Of a DNA stretch of 64,000 nucleotides, positions 38,120-50,959 are shown in pieces. Within the stretch, counting starts at the first letter, position 1; each line of letters opens with the position of its first letter. Both the position numbers and the translations under genes were made by a program. This DNA comes from Guillardia theta CCMP2712. Taxonomy: Eukaryota > Protista > Cryptophyta. The stretch lies in the NCBI RefSeq assembly GCF_000315625.1, contig NW_005434672.1, positions 713,374 to 777,373 on the forward strand, in the 5' to 3' direction. The notes under the pieces were generated by a model. It had not been told where the DNA came from. It saw only the letters and a program-made list of their open reading frames with translations, and made no database searches.

Positions 38120-40711
38120 GTGTGCTCTCCCGGATACCAGAATGACCCGGGTGAACAGGATGGTACGGACAAGGGCGTCCTCTCTCCGAGACGAGTGCTG
38201 TCCAACGTGAGCTCCTCCTTGTCACCAGAGCTACTCGTTCTCAGTTTGCTACAGATTTCCAACTCAGCTCATGCGTCGACCGAGGACGCAGAGCTGAAAG
38301 AGGTCCTGAGCGAGAACCGCTCCCCGACCCGGGAGACACGACGAGAGCTCTTCGAAGCTTCATCGATGACGTCATCGGGCATCGAGCCTTTCTTTCCCTG
38401 GTCGCCAGAAGATACTCCGAGGAAGACCCCGAAGAGGAGATCCATCCTCCTCAGCAAGAACAAGGACGTCATCGACCAGTATCGTGCCTCTTTCGATGGG
38501 TCCGACTCCCTTCCCCCGGTCCTCAATGCAAGCAAGGCGATGGTGGACGCCCTGATGCAGGAGGGAGAACTGGTAGCCCAGCTCCAACAAGACCTCAAGC
38601 AAGAGAAGATCCTGCGAAGCTCGATTCAAAGTGAGCTGGAGGGCATTCTCTCAGCTCTCGTGCAGCTCTCCGAGGACGTGGCAGACCTCGAGTCCAACAT
38701 GCCGTCGGCGCGGGAGACGGCGAGTGACAAGAGGACGCTGAACAAGCTGAGAAAGATGCTCGCTCAGCACGAGCAGCTCTTTCAGCTCCTCTGCTCTCAC
38801 GTGGAGACGAAACAAGTATTGGAATACCTCAACCAGACTGGGCTCAAGGATTCCAAAGTCTCCCGCCACAGCATCGACATCTTGACGACCGTGTCGGAGG
38901 ACGAGGAGAGCTCAGAAGACAAGGAGCTCGGGCAGAACCTCTTCCTCGTTGTCAAGCTGCGGCAGGTGCAGGCTGCTCTTCCCCAGCTGATAATCCAGCT
39001 CACCCTGGAGATGCAGGAGCTTGATGCTGCTCGGTCGGAGGCTGAGGCTCTTCGACGTACCGCCGACTCGTGCTGGGTGCGCGAGCAAGCGGCAATGAAG
39101 AGGATCGAGGAGCTGGAGGTGAAGAGGATCGGGGGATGTCAGCAGGCCTGACGGCAGGGCAGGCAGAGAACAAGGAGCTGAACCAGTTCACGGAGCAGAT
39201 GGCTCAGGCCCACACGCGACTCACTGCAGGAGTCCAAGAGCTCCAGGAGAAGCAGAAGAAGATGGTTCCTCGTGAGCGCCTGGACGAGGTGACACTGCCG
39301 TCTGGTCCTCTGCCTCTCCCCGCTGCTGCTGCTGCTACCCTCCCACTGATGCGCTCCCTCCTCCTTCTCCCGCAGGTCCTTGAAGAGCTGGAGGAGATGA
39401 AGACGGAGCAGCAGACGATGGTCCCCCACCTCGACGCGCTGCTGAGGGAGCTGGAGGAGCTCAAGGGCGAGCGAGACAAGATGCAGCAGAAGAGCGAGCA
39501 GGTGACTTGCGCATCCGAGGGGGGGAAGGGAGAGGCTGAGAGCGAGTGGCAGGAGCGAGCGCTTGCGCTCTCGGAAGTGAAGGCCCTCAAGGAGGATGCG
39601 GAGGAGATTCAGGCGGAGCTGCATCAGCACATGGTGGCCGTGCAGGAGGAGGGCAGGAAGTTGGAGGAGAAGCCTGAGGAGGGAGGCGGGGAGGAGTCGA
39701 AGGAGCAGGCGTTCGACCTGATCGTGGAGGAGGTGCTGCAGGAGCAGGGCTGCATTTACGATGGTATCCGAGAGAAGCTGGACGCTATCCTGCAGCGGTA
39801 CAAGGCGATTGGAGAAGAGATGGAGGAGGCGAAGAGGAGGGAGGCAGAGCTGCAGGACAACGTGGGCAAGAGCTCGGAGGTGAAGACCCTGGAGGATGAG
39901 CTCGAGTACCTGCGCGGCCGCAACGAGGAGCTGCAGGCGGAGCTGAGCTCCACCAGCCAAAGGTGTCAGGCGCTGCAGGAGAGCAGCGAGCTCCGGCTGC
40001 ACGAGCTGAAGAGAGAGGCGTTCATGCTGAGCAGCCAGAAGATGGAGGAGATGGAGAAGTTGCACTCGGAGGCCTACGATGTGCTTACCAAGAGGATCGA
40101 GTTCCTTCAGGAGGTACAGGAGCACCTCCCCCTCCTCCTCTCCCCATCTTCTTCCTACTCTCCTCTCCTCTCCTCTCCTCTCCTTTCTTGTCACCCTGAC
40201 AGCGGGATTTGCGCAGGAGCTCGCTGAGAAGGGAGAAGACATCAACGAAGACTCGCTCCTATGCGACACCCCACTGGTAACCTCCTGTAACCTCCCCCTT
40301 CCCTCCCCCTTCCTTCCTTCTTTCCCTCCCTCATCTGACCTTGAACCTTGTCAGGGTGAGGTCTGGTTCTCGCCAAGGAAGAGGAGGAAGGAGGCTCCCC
40401 CATCGCCTCCATCGGCCAAGAAGCAGCTCTTCGACGAGCAGGAGCAGGTGAATCATCGCGGCTGCTCCTTTCCTCTCCTCATCCTGCTGCAGCTCCTTAC
40501 GGTCACTCCCTCGCCACATTCGCAGCTGTTCACGAGCAGGAGACTCTTCCTCCCCATCTTCATGGCCGTCCTGGTGATCGCTGCTGCTCCTTCCTCCGTT
40601 GCCCCTCACACGTTCATCAGGCACTTCTCCTCCTCCCCCTTTTCAGCGGGCCAGAAGCCTCGCAGCTTCACCCGCTCATCTTGTGACCCTCATGATGTTT
40701 CAAGCTTCTAA
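38120..40711 (+). CDS. Long coiled-coil protein with a hydrophobic segment near the C-terminus (start uncertain)
   Basis: E/K/L/Q-rich heptads across ORFs 38120 and 39070. S/TP-basic motifs TPRKTPKRR and SPRKRRK. Hydrophobic LFLPIFMAVLVIAAA. Confidence 0.65.
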
Positions 40712-41435
40712 CGGACATGTAAACTCAAGTAAAACTTCTTCTTGCATCACAATCCGATCGATCACCTCGTGCTGACTTACTAAGTTACTATGACAAGTGC
40801 CTGAGCCCGGGCCGGCACTGAAAGTTCGGAACCCGGCCGGGCCGGTCGGACTCACGGTCGGACGAGAGGTTCACCGCGGCCCGGGATAGTCCGACCGAAA
40901 AAAAAAAGAGCGGGGATGAGGGTGCCCATGGTGGGACGGATCTAGTGAGGATCTACATGCATGAATTCTTTACTCATGAATGCTGGAAGATGGGGGGGGG
41001 GGGATCGAAGAGAGAGGAAGAGGAAGGACAGAAGCCGGTAGATGGAGTCAAGGGGAGGAGGAGAGATGGAGAGAGGCGAGAAAGATACAACGAGTGAGGA
41101 GATGACGGAAGAGGGGAGGCGGGGAGGAGTAGAAAGGGTTGAGAGGGAGAGACGGGTCAAGGCGAAGAGAGAAGAGAAGGAAAGGTAGATGATTTTCAAT
41201 CATGGTGCACGGTGCTATGGCAAAAATCAGGAACAGGAACTAGGAGCAATGAAGACGTCATGACTATATGTTTCAGGGTGGATGTAAATTTGCGCAAGCA
41301 TGTTACTGAGAACCCTCGGGACCTTGTTGGTAACCCCCTCCTCTGGAGATTACAAAGGTCTTACCTCGAACAGGAATTTATGGCACAAAGCCTGACCAGC
41401 TGAAGAGATACCGTGAGCTGATTCAATCAGGCGTG

Positions 41436-42530
41436 ATGGATGGTGGGGGATATAGAATGGGAGCCAACCGGATCTTGCAGCTGATGGTTTCATTGAGCTC
41501 TCTTCTGCTCGTGACTACCTACACTGGTCAACATAATCAGATGCTGGACCTCAGGGGAAACCCCTGGATCGAGAGCACGGAGAAGTCGAGAAACTCGTTG
41601 TTGCGAGGACACCTGTTGGCTCACCTCAGGGGGGGAGCAAAGACGAAACCCACGAAGCCGCGGAGTTGGAAGGAGCAATCTGTACATCACCGCCGCATCC
41701 GACAGCGATCCATCAAGAAGAATCGCGGGAAGAACTCTCAGAAAGCTTACCTGAACCCAGCGGCCCTGCGAGCGCTGCAAAAAGCCGATGACAAATCACG
41801 TTTGAAGCAGCTCGAGAAGAAAGACGCTGAGCGCCGACAAAAGAAGGCCAACCTGGTTGACACCGTCGAGCACAACGTGCGGGTAAGAAGCATGAAAGTG
41901 AAGGAGGAGGCGGACAGGAAGCGCGAAGAGAAGTACCAGACGCTGGAGGATTACAGCGACTCGATCGAGCGCGAGCTCGAGGAGCTGCGGCAGAAGAGAG
42001 ACGAAAACAGAGGCCTGGTGCTGCCTGACTGGCGGGAGGAACACCCCACGTTCTGGAAGGAAGTGGACGAGATGAACGAGGGAGAGACTGACCTTGACGA
42101 CCCTGAGAAGGTGGAGGCACCTCGGCGGTTCTGCTCTCTTCCACCTGACTCGTTTCTTCAGGTTTGGAACGCTTACATCACCACCGGCAACACTTGGAAA
42201 GTTGCCGCCTATAACCGGATGATGATGAACCAGCAAACGTCGGAGAAGCAACTGGTGATTGGCCAACAGGCGCTCACGACGCAAGGGGATGGGTCAGGTG
42301 GAGGAATGATCCTTGCAGCACAGTCGGCACAGGACACCGGACCCATGGTCTTCCACGAAATCTCATCAGAAGATGTCAGGGAGGCAGAAGCTGAAGAGCG
42401 CAGGTTGGAGGAAGCCGAAGCCAAGCAGCTGGAAGAAGCGAAAGCACTGAAAGCGAAACGAAAGAAGGAAAAGAAAGAAATGGCGATTGAGATGCCCGAA
42501 GCTTCCCAGAAGAAGTTGACTTATGCTTAG
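41436..42530 (+). CDS. Hypothetical protein: signal peptide, LRGG motif, K/R-rich and coiled-coil mature part
   Basis: ILQLMVSLSSLLLVTTYTG followed by HLRGG. Probable in-frame intron at ~42110-42161. Confidence 0.7.
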   Translation: MDGGGYRMGANRILQLMVSLSSLLLVTTYTGQHNQMLDLRGNPWIESTEKSRNSLLRGHLLAHLRGGAKTKPTKPRSWKEQSVHHRRIRQRSIKKNRGKNSQKAYLNPAALRALQKADDKSRLKQLEKKDAERRQKKANLVDTVEHNVRVRSMKVKEEADRKREEKYQTLEDYSDSIERELEELRQKRDENRGLVLPDWREEHPTFWKEVDEMNEGETDLDDPEKVEAPRRFCSLPPDSFLQVWNAYITTGNTWKVAAYNRMMMNQQTSEKQLVIGQQALTTQGDGSGGGMILAAQSAQDTGPMVFHEISSEDVREAEAEERRLEEAEAKQLEEAKALKAKRKKEKKEMAIEMPEASQKKLTYA

Positions 42531-42581
42531 TTCTTTAAAACAATTCCTCAGAAGATGATAGCATGATGCAGTCGAGCTTGG

Positions 42582-43830
42582 TCACTTGACCAAGCTGCCA
42601 CTGCCCCCCTCCTCAACAGCAGCTGCTGCAAGCACTGCTAAGGGAGAAGGTACCTCCCTCTGCGCTTGCAATCCATGCTCATGTCTCGAAGCATCCGCTG
42701 CTGTGTCTCTGCTGGTCAAGTAGATTCCCTGTGGTGAACTCAGCGATCCACAAGCAGCTGACGGCGAATAACCTCAGGAGCGTAGCGAGGATGCTTCGGG
42801 CGGAAGGTGGTGCCTGTATTCGCCCACTTCTCCCCCCGATCGAGCACGAAGAAGTTATGCATCCTACTGAAGGGCCTCTCGAGGGCTCCGTCCTTGTGCT
42901 TCTGACGTATCTCCCTCAGTTGATTGAACCTCTCTGCCGCAAGGAATCAGCTCGTCACATTGCAGCCTGCCAGCAACTGACCTTTAAACCGCTCTCCATC
43001 CAGAACAAGATAGCATGCGTTAACAGCATCCCACGTCAGCACCTTGTTCTCCTTCACCAGGTGCTGGATGACTTGAGGAAGGGGAAGGTTCTGGCACTGC
43101 GAGTCCGTACGGTAGGGCCACTTCTTGATGCCCAGCCGTCTGCAGGCCGACTTCATGGCCGTGGGGGAAATCCCGAGCCTCCCAGCTGCTTCTTTGAGCG
43201 GGAGGCTGAAGTGCTCCCTGAGAGTACTCTCTCTCAGGACGACGGGCTCACCATTCCTGCGGTCCTGACCAGCCTTACGACGAGGGAAGATGGTGTTGAC
43301 GACATCAGAGCTTGCATCCTCCGTCGACGACGACATGGGGGACTGGGTTCGTGGCGACTCCTGGCCATCCGAGGGCTTCTGGTTGTCTTCAGAGGCCTCC
43401 GAGTCGAATCGACGATGCGAAGCGCTGAGTTCGCTCAGCTCGGCGGTTGCGCTGGGTTGAACAAGAGGTGATAGCGATGAGTCGCTTGCGTTGACGAAGA
43501 CGCTCTTGTTCTTGATGGTCGCTGTCATGACATGGAGGAGCTTGTCAAGGGACTGGGGGAGCCCTGTGTCGCTCCTCCCCTCTCCCCTCTGCTCGGAGCT
43601 CGTTTGCACGCAGATCTTCTCCATCTCATCCCAGAACCAGTGCTGTCTCTCCACATGGTAGGAGGTGAGAGAGCCGATGCTCGCAGCCTGAGACGGATAC
43701 GTCAAAGGGGGAAGAGAGTTGCCCAGATGGATCATGATCGATGTCCCGGCAGCGAACGAGCAGAACGAAACCTGAGGCACAGAGTCAGGCACAACAGAGC
43801 TTCCGTCTTGATTTCCACATCATAGAACAA
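42582..43830 (-). CDS. RWP-RK domain transcription factor (start uncertain)
   Basis: LREHFSLPLKEAAGRLGISPTAMKSACRRLGIKKWPYR. Spliced 3' exons end at 42582. Confidence 0.85.
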
Positions 43831-45079
43831 TGATTGCCCTATCTAGCGGTGAACAGGAAAGCACTGCCTGGTCACGTCATAGAAACAATCAACCGATATC
43901 ACTATAGCAACCTCTACGACTAACGAGCTCCTTGACAGCAAAGAAAGTTCATGAATAAAGACAAGAAGGTGTTGGAATGATTGTTAACATGATTGTTTCT
44001 GTCCCCAGTGGATTCGAACAGCACTGGGATCATCCCTTTATGTGCATGAGAATGGAGTCATTTTTTCCTGCACATGGCACTGTGAGGGTAGTTCTATGGT
44101 TCAGGAGTCGGAGAGTTAGTTCAAGTATGAGCGATCAGGCATGCAGGTCGAACAGAAACAGTTGTAGGAGCATCTCAGAGGTCGAGGGTGTAGAAGGCGC
44201 TGAGGAGGAGAAGGACGAGAGCCGTTCCCGCATCCCCATTGCCGCCATGAGGCCGAACAAGGAGAATTGTTTCGCAGGGGGTGGTAAAACCCCTAGAAAC
44301 CAGGGGGTAGGTTTGAAATTCAGGGGGGTGAGGGGTCAGGGGGTACACATTCCTGGAATGGTCTCAACACATGGGTTGAGTTTTACCCTGAAGAGCACAA
44401 GGAGATAGGGGTAAGGTGGTGACAATAAGCCCATAAAGGAGTGAAACGTTCATTTAGGGGGTACTAAATTTACTCAGGGGGTGGTCGGAACTGACGATCG
44501 GAGGGTTGTTGGGGTGCTTGCTATAATGTAGATATATAATTTGAGGGTGCAACTGAAATAAAACTCTAAAATTTCAAAGTTTCATTGAAATGTGAAAAAT
44601 ATCATTTCGTATCACTCAACCTGCGACAAGATCCGACCCGATGTTCGTGTCTTGCACGCCAATGCTGGATGGGAGCGAGGAGAGGCGAGGCGAAGAGAGA
44701 GGAGGATGCAAGCACAAACCAGGATGTTGAGCTTCGACAGCCAGGGGAACAGAACAGCAGATTTGGGCTCTCAGAGTTGTTCTCATCTTGTGTGCTGCGT
44801 GGCTGGAATTGCCTCGGAGTATTGGATGGAATGACTTGAGGCAACAAACCATCCGGCATAGGCCACAACCCCGACATGGCGATGAAATGCAGTTGATCAA
44901 CCTCAGAGTTTTGCCCAGCCATGGGCGATCTGATCACAAGGATTCATTCAAGAGGGGAGGCAGGGATAAGTAAAAGGACACGCGACTCTGAGGGTCATTC
45001 GAGGGCACGGCAGGAGATTGGAGGACGAAAAAGGGCAGCATAGAGATAACACTACACACTTGATTATGTTACATCAGCG

Positions 45080-46711
45080 CTACTCCCCGCTCTTCCCCTC
45101 GCTTATCCTGACCTGCAGCAAGCTCACACTGGGTTCAACTGTTTTTACCCTTGTCTTCGTTACCTGTGAGTAAATCAAAGTACCCAATGAAGCCATGGCG
45201 ATCCCAACGGCGTTGAGAGGAGAGATGTCGTTGCCTGACGGAAGGATCAGCACGGCACGACATGGCGAGGAGGGAGATGCCACCGAATTGCAGCCATCCG
45301 AAGAGGCACATGACGGGCCTGCGCAAAGAGTTGCAGACAGAGTGAGTGACGGCGGCAACTCTGCTGAGAACGAGCCAGGAGAGCTGCAGGTAGGCGTAGA
45401 AGGTAACGCCGTTCACCGCCAGCATCGTCATGTACTTGGAATCCGAAAACTTGATGGCGTCGAGGCCTGAGATCCCAAAGAAAGGAGCAGCCGCAAGCAG
45501 GAGGACGGCTTGGATGATCATGCCGAGGTAGCAGACCTGGAAGAAGAGGTTGAAGTTGTCCACACGATGAGAGGCCTTGATCCTCTTCGTGATGATTCCG
45601 CGGAAGGCAAACATGACATTGCAGATAGCGACAATCGCTAGTCCGGCGACGTTGAAGTCTGAGCTTTCGGCAGATGATAGAGCAGCACCGGCGATCACAG
45701 GAAGCAAGGAGAGGGACATGGGCAGGGTAATCTGGAGGAAAGGATGAGAAGTTCAAGCAGGAAAGTTGATAAGATAGAACAAGCGCCAACCTTCTCTGTC
45801 TTGAGAAACATCGTGGCAAGGAGCAAGGTGAAGAGAGGTTCGGTTGCTCGCAACGTCATCACAAGGGACACATGCATCATCCCCAGCGCCTGATTTCAAC
45901 CGTCATGGTCCACTGAGTTCTCACAGAAACTTTCCGAGTTGAGAGTGATAAATCCAGCAGCGAAGATCGCAGCGAGAAGTGAAGTCGACTGCAAAGCACA
46001 TCAGTCAAACGCTGACAGTCTTTGCAAACTTGCCTTGAGTTGAGAAAAGTTCTCAATCTCTTGGTAAGGAACGACTTTCAGCACCCGAATCACCACGAAG
46101 CCGCACAAGGAAGAGATGGTCAGCTGAATCAGAGTCAACAGGCCCCTGCCAACTCCATCACTCGACCAGATATCTTGTCTCTCCTCTTAATCCTACCAGT
46201 GTAGTCCGAGAGATTTCGTCGAGTTCGTGCAGACCACCTGAGTAACTCTCACTCCATCATGAGACGAGGGACTCGACAGGAGTGACCGAGGTTGCGTACC
46301 ACAAGACGATATACAAGATCAGTTCAGCATTCGCCTGTATGAATCCGGGTGAGAAGCTCCTGCTCATAGCTTGCCCACGTCAAACAAATCTCAGAAACTA
46401 CCCGCCATGATGGCACCACATCTCCTAGTTCTCCAGCTTTGCTCCCTTTAACGACGACCGCAGATTTCTCCTTCTTACAGGCTTGACATCAGCATAGCAT
46501 GAACATCTGCTTGAGCTGTGGGCACGCACCTTGTTAGCGCTAGCCTGCGATGGCGAAGCCTGCAATGCCATCTTGTTCTTCGGCAGAGCAGCTTTGCGGC
46601 CCGGGATCCGGAGGTTTGCTTTTCCTATCGAGGGGAAACTAAACGCGTCGACTGTGCATGCAAGAAGGGCTAAGACCAGAACCAACACCTTCCCTGCGAT
46701 AATGCGCAGCG
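45080..46711 (-). CDS. Triose-phosphate translocator family (TPT/SLC35E) transporter with bipartite plastid presequence
   Basis: LALLACTVDA-FSF, LYIVLWY, TLRATEPLFT, SLLPVIAGAALSS, VTHSVCNSLRR and NAVGIAMASLGTLIYS. An in-frame ATG was not located. Confidence 0.85.
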
Positions 46712-46844
46712 TCACGTTCAGCCACACATCAAGATGAAAGGAGGAGATGGCAACGGAGGATGATAATGAAGGATGACAGATCGAGGAGTTGGTAGAAGAG
46801 GAGGAGATCCTTGCGGAAGAGATTGTGGACGAGAACGAGGACGA

Positions 46845-46945
46845 GGACGAGGACGAAATGGCGGAGGAGAAGGAGGAGACGAGGTGGTTGTAGAGGAGGA
46901 GACGAGGTGGTTGTAGAGGAGGAGACGAGGTGGTTGAAGAGGAGG
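46845..46945. repeat. Purine-rich tandem repeats (23-bp GGAGGAGACGAGGTGGTTGTAGA x~3, GACGAG runs)
   Basis: Direct reading; lies between divergent genes. Confidence 0.8.
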
Positions 46946-47327
46946 AGGATGGTTGCGACCGTATTCATGCATGGCCTCCTCTTGACCAGACTGTACCCTC
47001 CTCCCCGCTCATCCCCGCTCATTGCAATCTGTGCCCACATCCCCCCCACATCCCCGTCAGTTCAACGGAAGGCGGGAAACAGCATGGAATGTCCACTGAG
47101 TGCGAGAGGGGGGGAGGGGAGCAGGAGCAGGAGGAGAAGCGGAGGAGGAGGCCGAGGGAGTGAGAAGTTAGAAAGACATATGAATGGCGACAGAAGGGAT
47201 AAGAATGCCAAAAGAACATGTAGGCAAGGTAGGGAGGATGAAGGAGGATAGTAGAACATCGCGGGAGGCGGTTGAGAGCATCATCGTGACGCAGCTGAAT
47301 TGTTTGTTGTCCATCAGGTCAGCAAGC

Positions 47328-48948
47328 ATGTCAGGGCTGCACGTCGACACGACGCCGTTTCTACCTGCGGTGAGTCAGGCCTGTGGGCTTGCTGTGAGAG
47401 CACTGATGCTTGTGGCTGAAGGCGGGCAAGAAAGGAGGATCGCTCCATGAGACAGCAGCTGCTTGTTTCGTGGAAGAAGAACGTCCTCCTACACCGGAGC
47501 ACATCCGGCGCTTCAGAAAGTCCTACATGAAGCAGCCGGGGAAGCGAACTCAGCATTGGGGGCTAGAAAATGATCCTCCTCCTCGACCTTCGGAGTTCAC
47601 CTACGGAACTCCAGGAATGAAGTCTCGGGGGGTGGATGGACTGATGGGAAGTCATGCGGAGCCGACGAGTATGCAGGCATACCAACAGATGCGGGCGGAA
47701 ACGATCTATGAAACCAGCAAGAAGGAGCAACTTGGGAAAACATTGAATAGACACTATGAGTGGCCGAAGCAGATAGTACAGGACGAGGAATTTCGCTTCG
47801 GAGTGAAGGGATCAAAGGAGAAAGTAACGGCCATAGAAGTCATTCTCCCTTCCGACGCTCCTTCGCTGAACGTGACGGAAGAGCAGAAAGAGATGTACAA
47901 GCTCTCGCACTATGCCTACGAACCTGGCGAACAGAAAAGTCGAAAATATAATTGGCAAAAGGCTGGAATAGACCCAGTCACGCATGTGTTTGGGGCTGTA
48001 GCTGAGATAGACTACAAGGATGGTGTTGCGAAAGCGATCAATCCTGACCTGGAGTACGAAAGCAAGGTGTGCTGAAATCCAAAGTGTCATTGCTCTAATC
48101 TGGTATGTAGGTTCAACCGACTGAATTCATGCCAAAGTCTGTAGCAGATTTCAAGAAGGTGAATCTTTGATGTAATCAGTCAAAGCTGATGACTCTATAG
48201 GTTCGACAAGATGAACTTGGCAAAGTGAAGAACCTTGGTCTCGGGCGACACCCGGTTCCTCCCGACTACACCTATGGAATATCGTACAAGCGGGCAGATG
48301 ACTGGGGAGCAAAAGAATGCATTCAGGTAAGAGAAACTTGTGTCTGTATACCCCCCTGAGACTTTCGTTTCAGGGAAACTATACCGAAGAAGAGCAACTG
48401 CCTGATCCTGACCTCGGCCGATCATTGAGAAGGTGAGGTCAGACCTTTCTTTCCCTCCAACTCACGATGAGCGGCACAGAGGTTGTGCACCGGATGAAGT
48501 TCTCGTTTCTGAGAGAACCTTTGGCGTTCCAAATGTGCGAAACGATATCAAGCCCCCCAAGTTCCAATCAGTGGCTGACAGCAAGAACTACGGCAACGAA
48601 CCTGGAGCAAAGGTAAAGACTGATCGTTTCCTCGCCCCCCTGGTTGAATATCTTTTCAGGCATTGCTGTATCCGCAGCCTTACGCTACAAGAGGGGTGTA
48701 CGAGGAAGATTTCCTGAAGAAGTACCCCAAGGGAGAACTATGCGACATCGCGATCAGTGCAGGTTTCTGTGACACGATGGACGAGTTTGACAGGGTACGA
48801 CGATCTGAATTGACCTTGATATATTCACATTCGCTGAAGTCCTTTACAGCTCTACTCAGTGGCGTGCATCTCAAGTGGTGCCAGCGAAGATGAGATGATT
48901 ACTTTGGACTCGATCCGGAGGGCGATGTACGCTATTTCTCTAGAATGA
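47328..48948 (+). CDS. EFHB: EFHB/CFAP21-like flagellar microtubule inner protein
   Basis: RPPTPEHIRRFRKS, YKLSHYAYEPGEQKSRKYNW and FGVPNVRNDI..VADSKNYGNEPGAKALLYP..GVYEEDF. About 7 introns. Confidence 0.82.
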
Positions 48949-49033
48949 TGCTGGCCTATCATCGGGAGTTGAGCGCAAAAGATCGCCGGTGGAAGTATTT
49001 CTTTCATGTCTCCATGTGGCAAAGGTGCTAAAT

Positions 49034-50314
49034 TCACAAGACAACCAGTCTGGACTTCCCTGCGACAAACGGATGCTTCAGGGCCTCTTCCGGTGTGATT
49101 CTTGCATCAGGGTCGCAAACGAGCATCTGTTGAAATCGTTCAAAGTCACATTTCATGGGTTGGCTACACTCCTCGAATTTACCTTCAATACAAGATCAGC
49201 AACTAGCTTTCGCTCCTCCTCTGTCTCGTCAATCCATTTCTCCCTGCATGCCAGCAAGTCAGTTGCCGCCAACAAGTCAGTTGCCATAGTCCTTCTACAG
49301 CATCGTTAGAGAGGTGCTTGACGTACCTGTGTTGCAGCAGCCTGCTTGTGATGCGCTTGTGAATGTCTTCTTTTCCTTGTTTCCTGTTGGATCGGCTAAC
49401 GAGGTTATCCACCTCCTTCATCGATTTTGTCGTCTCTTCATCACACCTGAACCCCCCGGGCCTGTCAGTTGCAGCCGAGCAAGACGTCACGAGACCTTCC
49501 AGTCATGTGCTCGGGCGGCATTCCTAGAGCATCCACAATGAGCAGCATCTGGTCTAGGGAATCTTTTCCCCTGAACGGGCAGATGCCACAAAACATCTCG
49601 ACCAGCAAACATCCTAGCGACCACATGTCTGCTTGAATGCTCGCGGGAATGCCCAGTAGAACCTCGGGTGAGCGGTACCACCGGCTCTGGACGTACATGT
49701 TCTCCTGAGCTCTGTCAGAGTAGGAGGCTCGTCACGCAGGCTAACCTGCATCTTCTGCTCTCTAGACGCCAAACCGAAATCGATCAGCACGGCCTTCTCC
49801 CTGGCTCTCTCCTTGACAATCAGGATATTCTCGGGTTTGATGTCGCAATGCACCATCCTTATGCTGTCTGAGGACATGAAGCGAAGAGTCTCGAGGATGC
49901 TCCTTACCGTGGACCTGAAGGTGGAATCTCATTCGCAGATTCTACGAGCTCTCCTCACCTTATCGACGTCATGGGTAGCCCAGCATTCTCATACGGAGAG
50001 CGGAGCAATTCTTGAGATACAGTCCTTCCGCGAATGAGCTCCATCACGATGCACAGCCTGGTCTTTTCATTTATGATTCCATAAAGCTTAGGAACGAACT
50101 TGTTTCCAGGGTCTCGAGCATTCAGAAAGATGAGGTTGCCCACCTCCTTGCGAAACTGATTGTGACGTGATCGGATTGCCTTGAAAGATTTGACGGCGTA
50201 CAGTTCATGGGTGTCCCTGTCCTCTGCAAGCCACACAGTCGCGCTGACACCTTCTCCGATCTTTTTGTGGAAAATCAACGTTTCTTCTGGGATGTCTTCG
50301 CATTCAAACCGCAT
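49034..50314 (-). CDS. DYRK/HIPK-like CMGC protein kinase
   Basis: IGEGVSATV, AVK, HCDIKPENIL, IDFG, YVQSRWYRSPEVLLG, DMWSLGC and RITPEEALKHPF. Confidence 0.9.
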
Positions 50315-50586
50315 TTTTGCCTTGACTCGACAACAAGGAAGTGACGTTGCAAAGGAATGAAAAGAATGGGCTCGAGTAGAGGGAGGAGAGGAGGGAGGAA
50401 CGGAGGGGGGAGAGGAGTGAGGAACGGAGGGGGGAGAGGAGTGGGAGGTGGCGAGAGGTGACCAGGAGAGGAGCTGAGGGCAGAGTAGCAGAGGAAGACG
50501 CGGTGGAGCATGAGGGAAGCGGTCAAAACGAGAGTTTGTGGGGAAGCGTATAAAAAAAATTACCATACAACTGTAAAACATATATG

Positions 50587-50668
50587 CGACCACGGCAGGG
50601 TTCGAACCTACGCGGGAAGATCCCAACAGATTTCAAGTCTGTCGCCTTAACCACTCGGCCACGTGGTC
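50587..50668 (-). tRNA. trnS-UGA: tRNA-Ser (anticodon TGA)
   Basis: 82-nt cloverleaf with acceptor GACCACG/CGTGGTC, D-arm TGGCCGAGTGGTTAAGGC, anticodon stem ACAGA-CTTGAAA-TCTGT, a long variable arm, GGTTCGAACC and a G discriminator. T-run downstream. Confidence 0.97.
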
Positions 50669-50959
50669 AAATCGCACATGGCTGTCAGTGCTCGCTGGCC
50701 TTTATCTATGTGTCAATTTGATGCCACAATGAGCAAACACTGGCGGCATGCCAGCGGCCTCGCTAGAAGAGGAGGGGAGCAAGGGAGCAAGGGAGCAAGG
50801 GAGCAGGAATGTAAGGGGATCAGGGTAGAATTATCTGTCGACATAATGCTCTGCGCGAACTGATGTTGTATTCATTTCGTAAAAATTAAAGAAGGTTGAA
50901 AACAAAACTAGAAAACTCCATAATGAAACCAGAAAACTGCTCAAAACACTTTCTTTGAC

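Noticed and set aside
50315-50626. N-terminal extension of the kinase ORF 49955..50626
   Set aside because: It runs through the tRNA and a purine/pyrimidine repeat; the ATG at 50314 is the plausible start.
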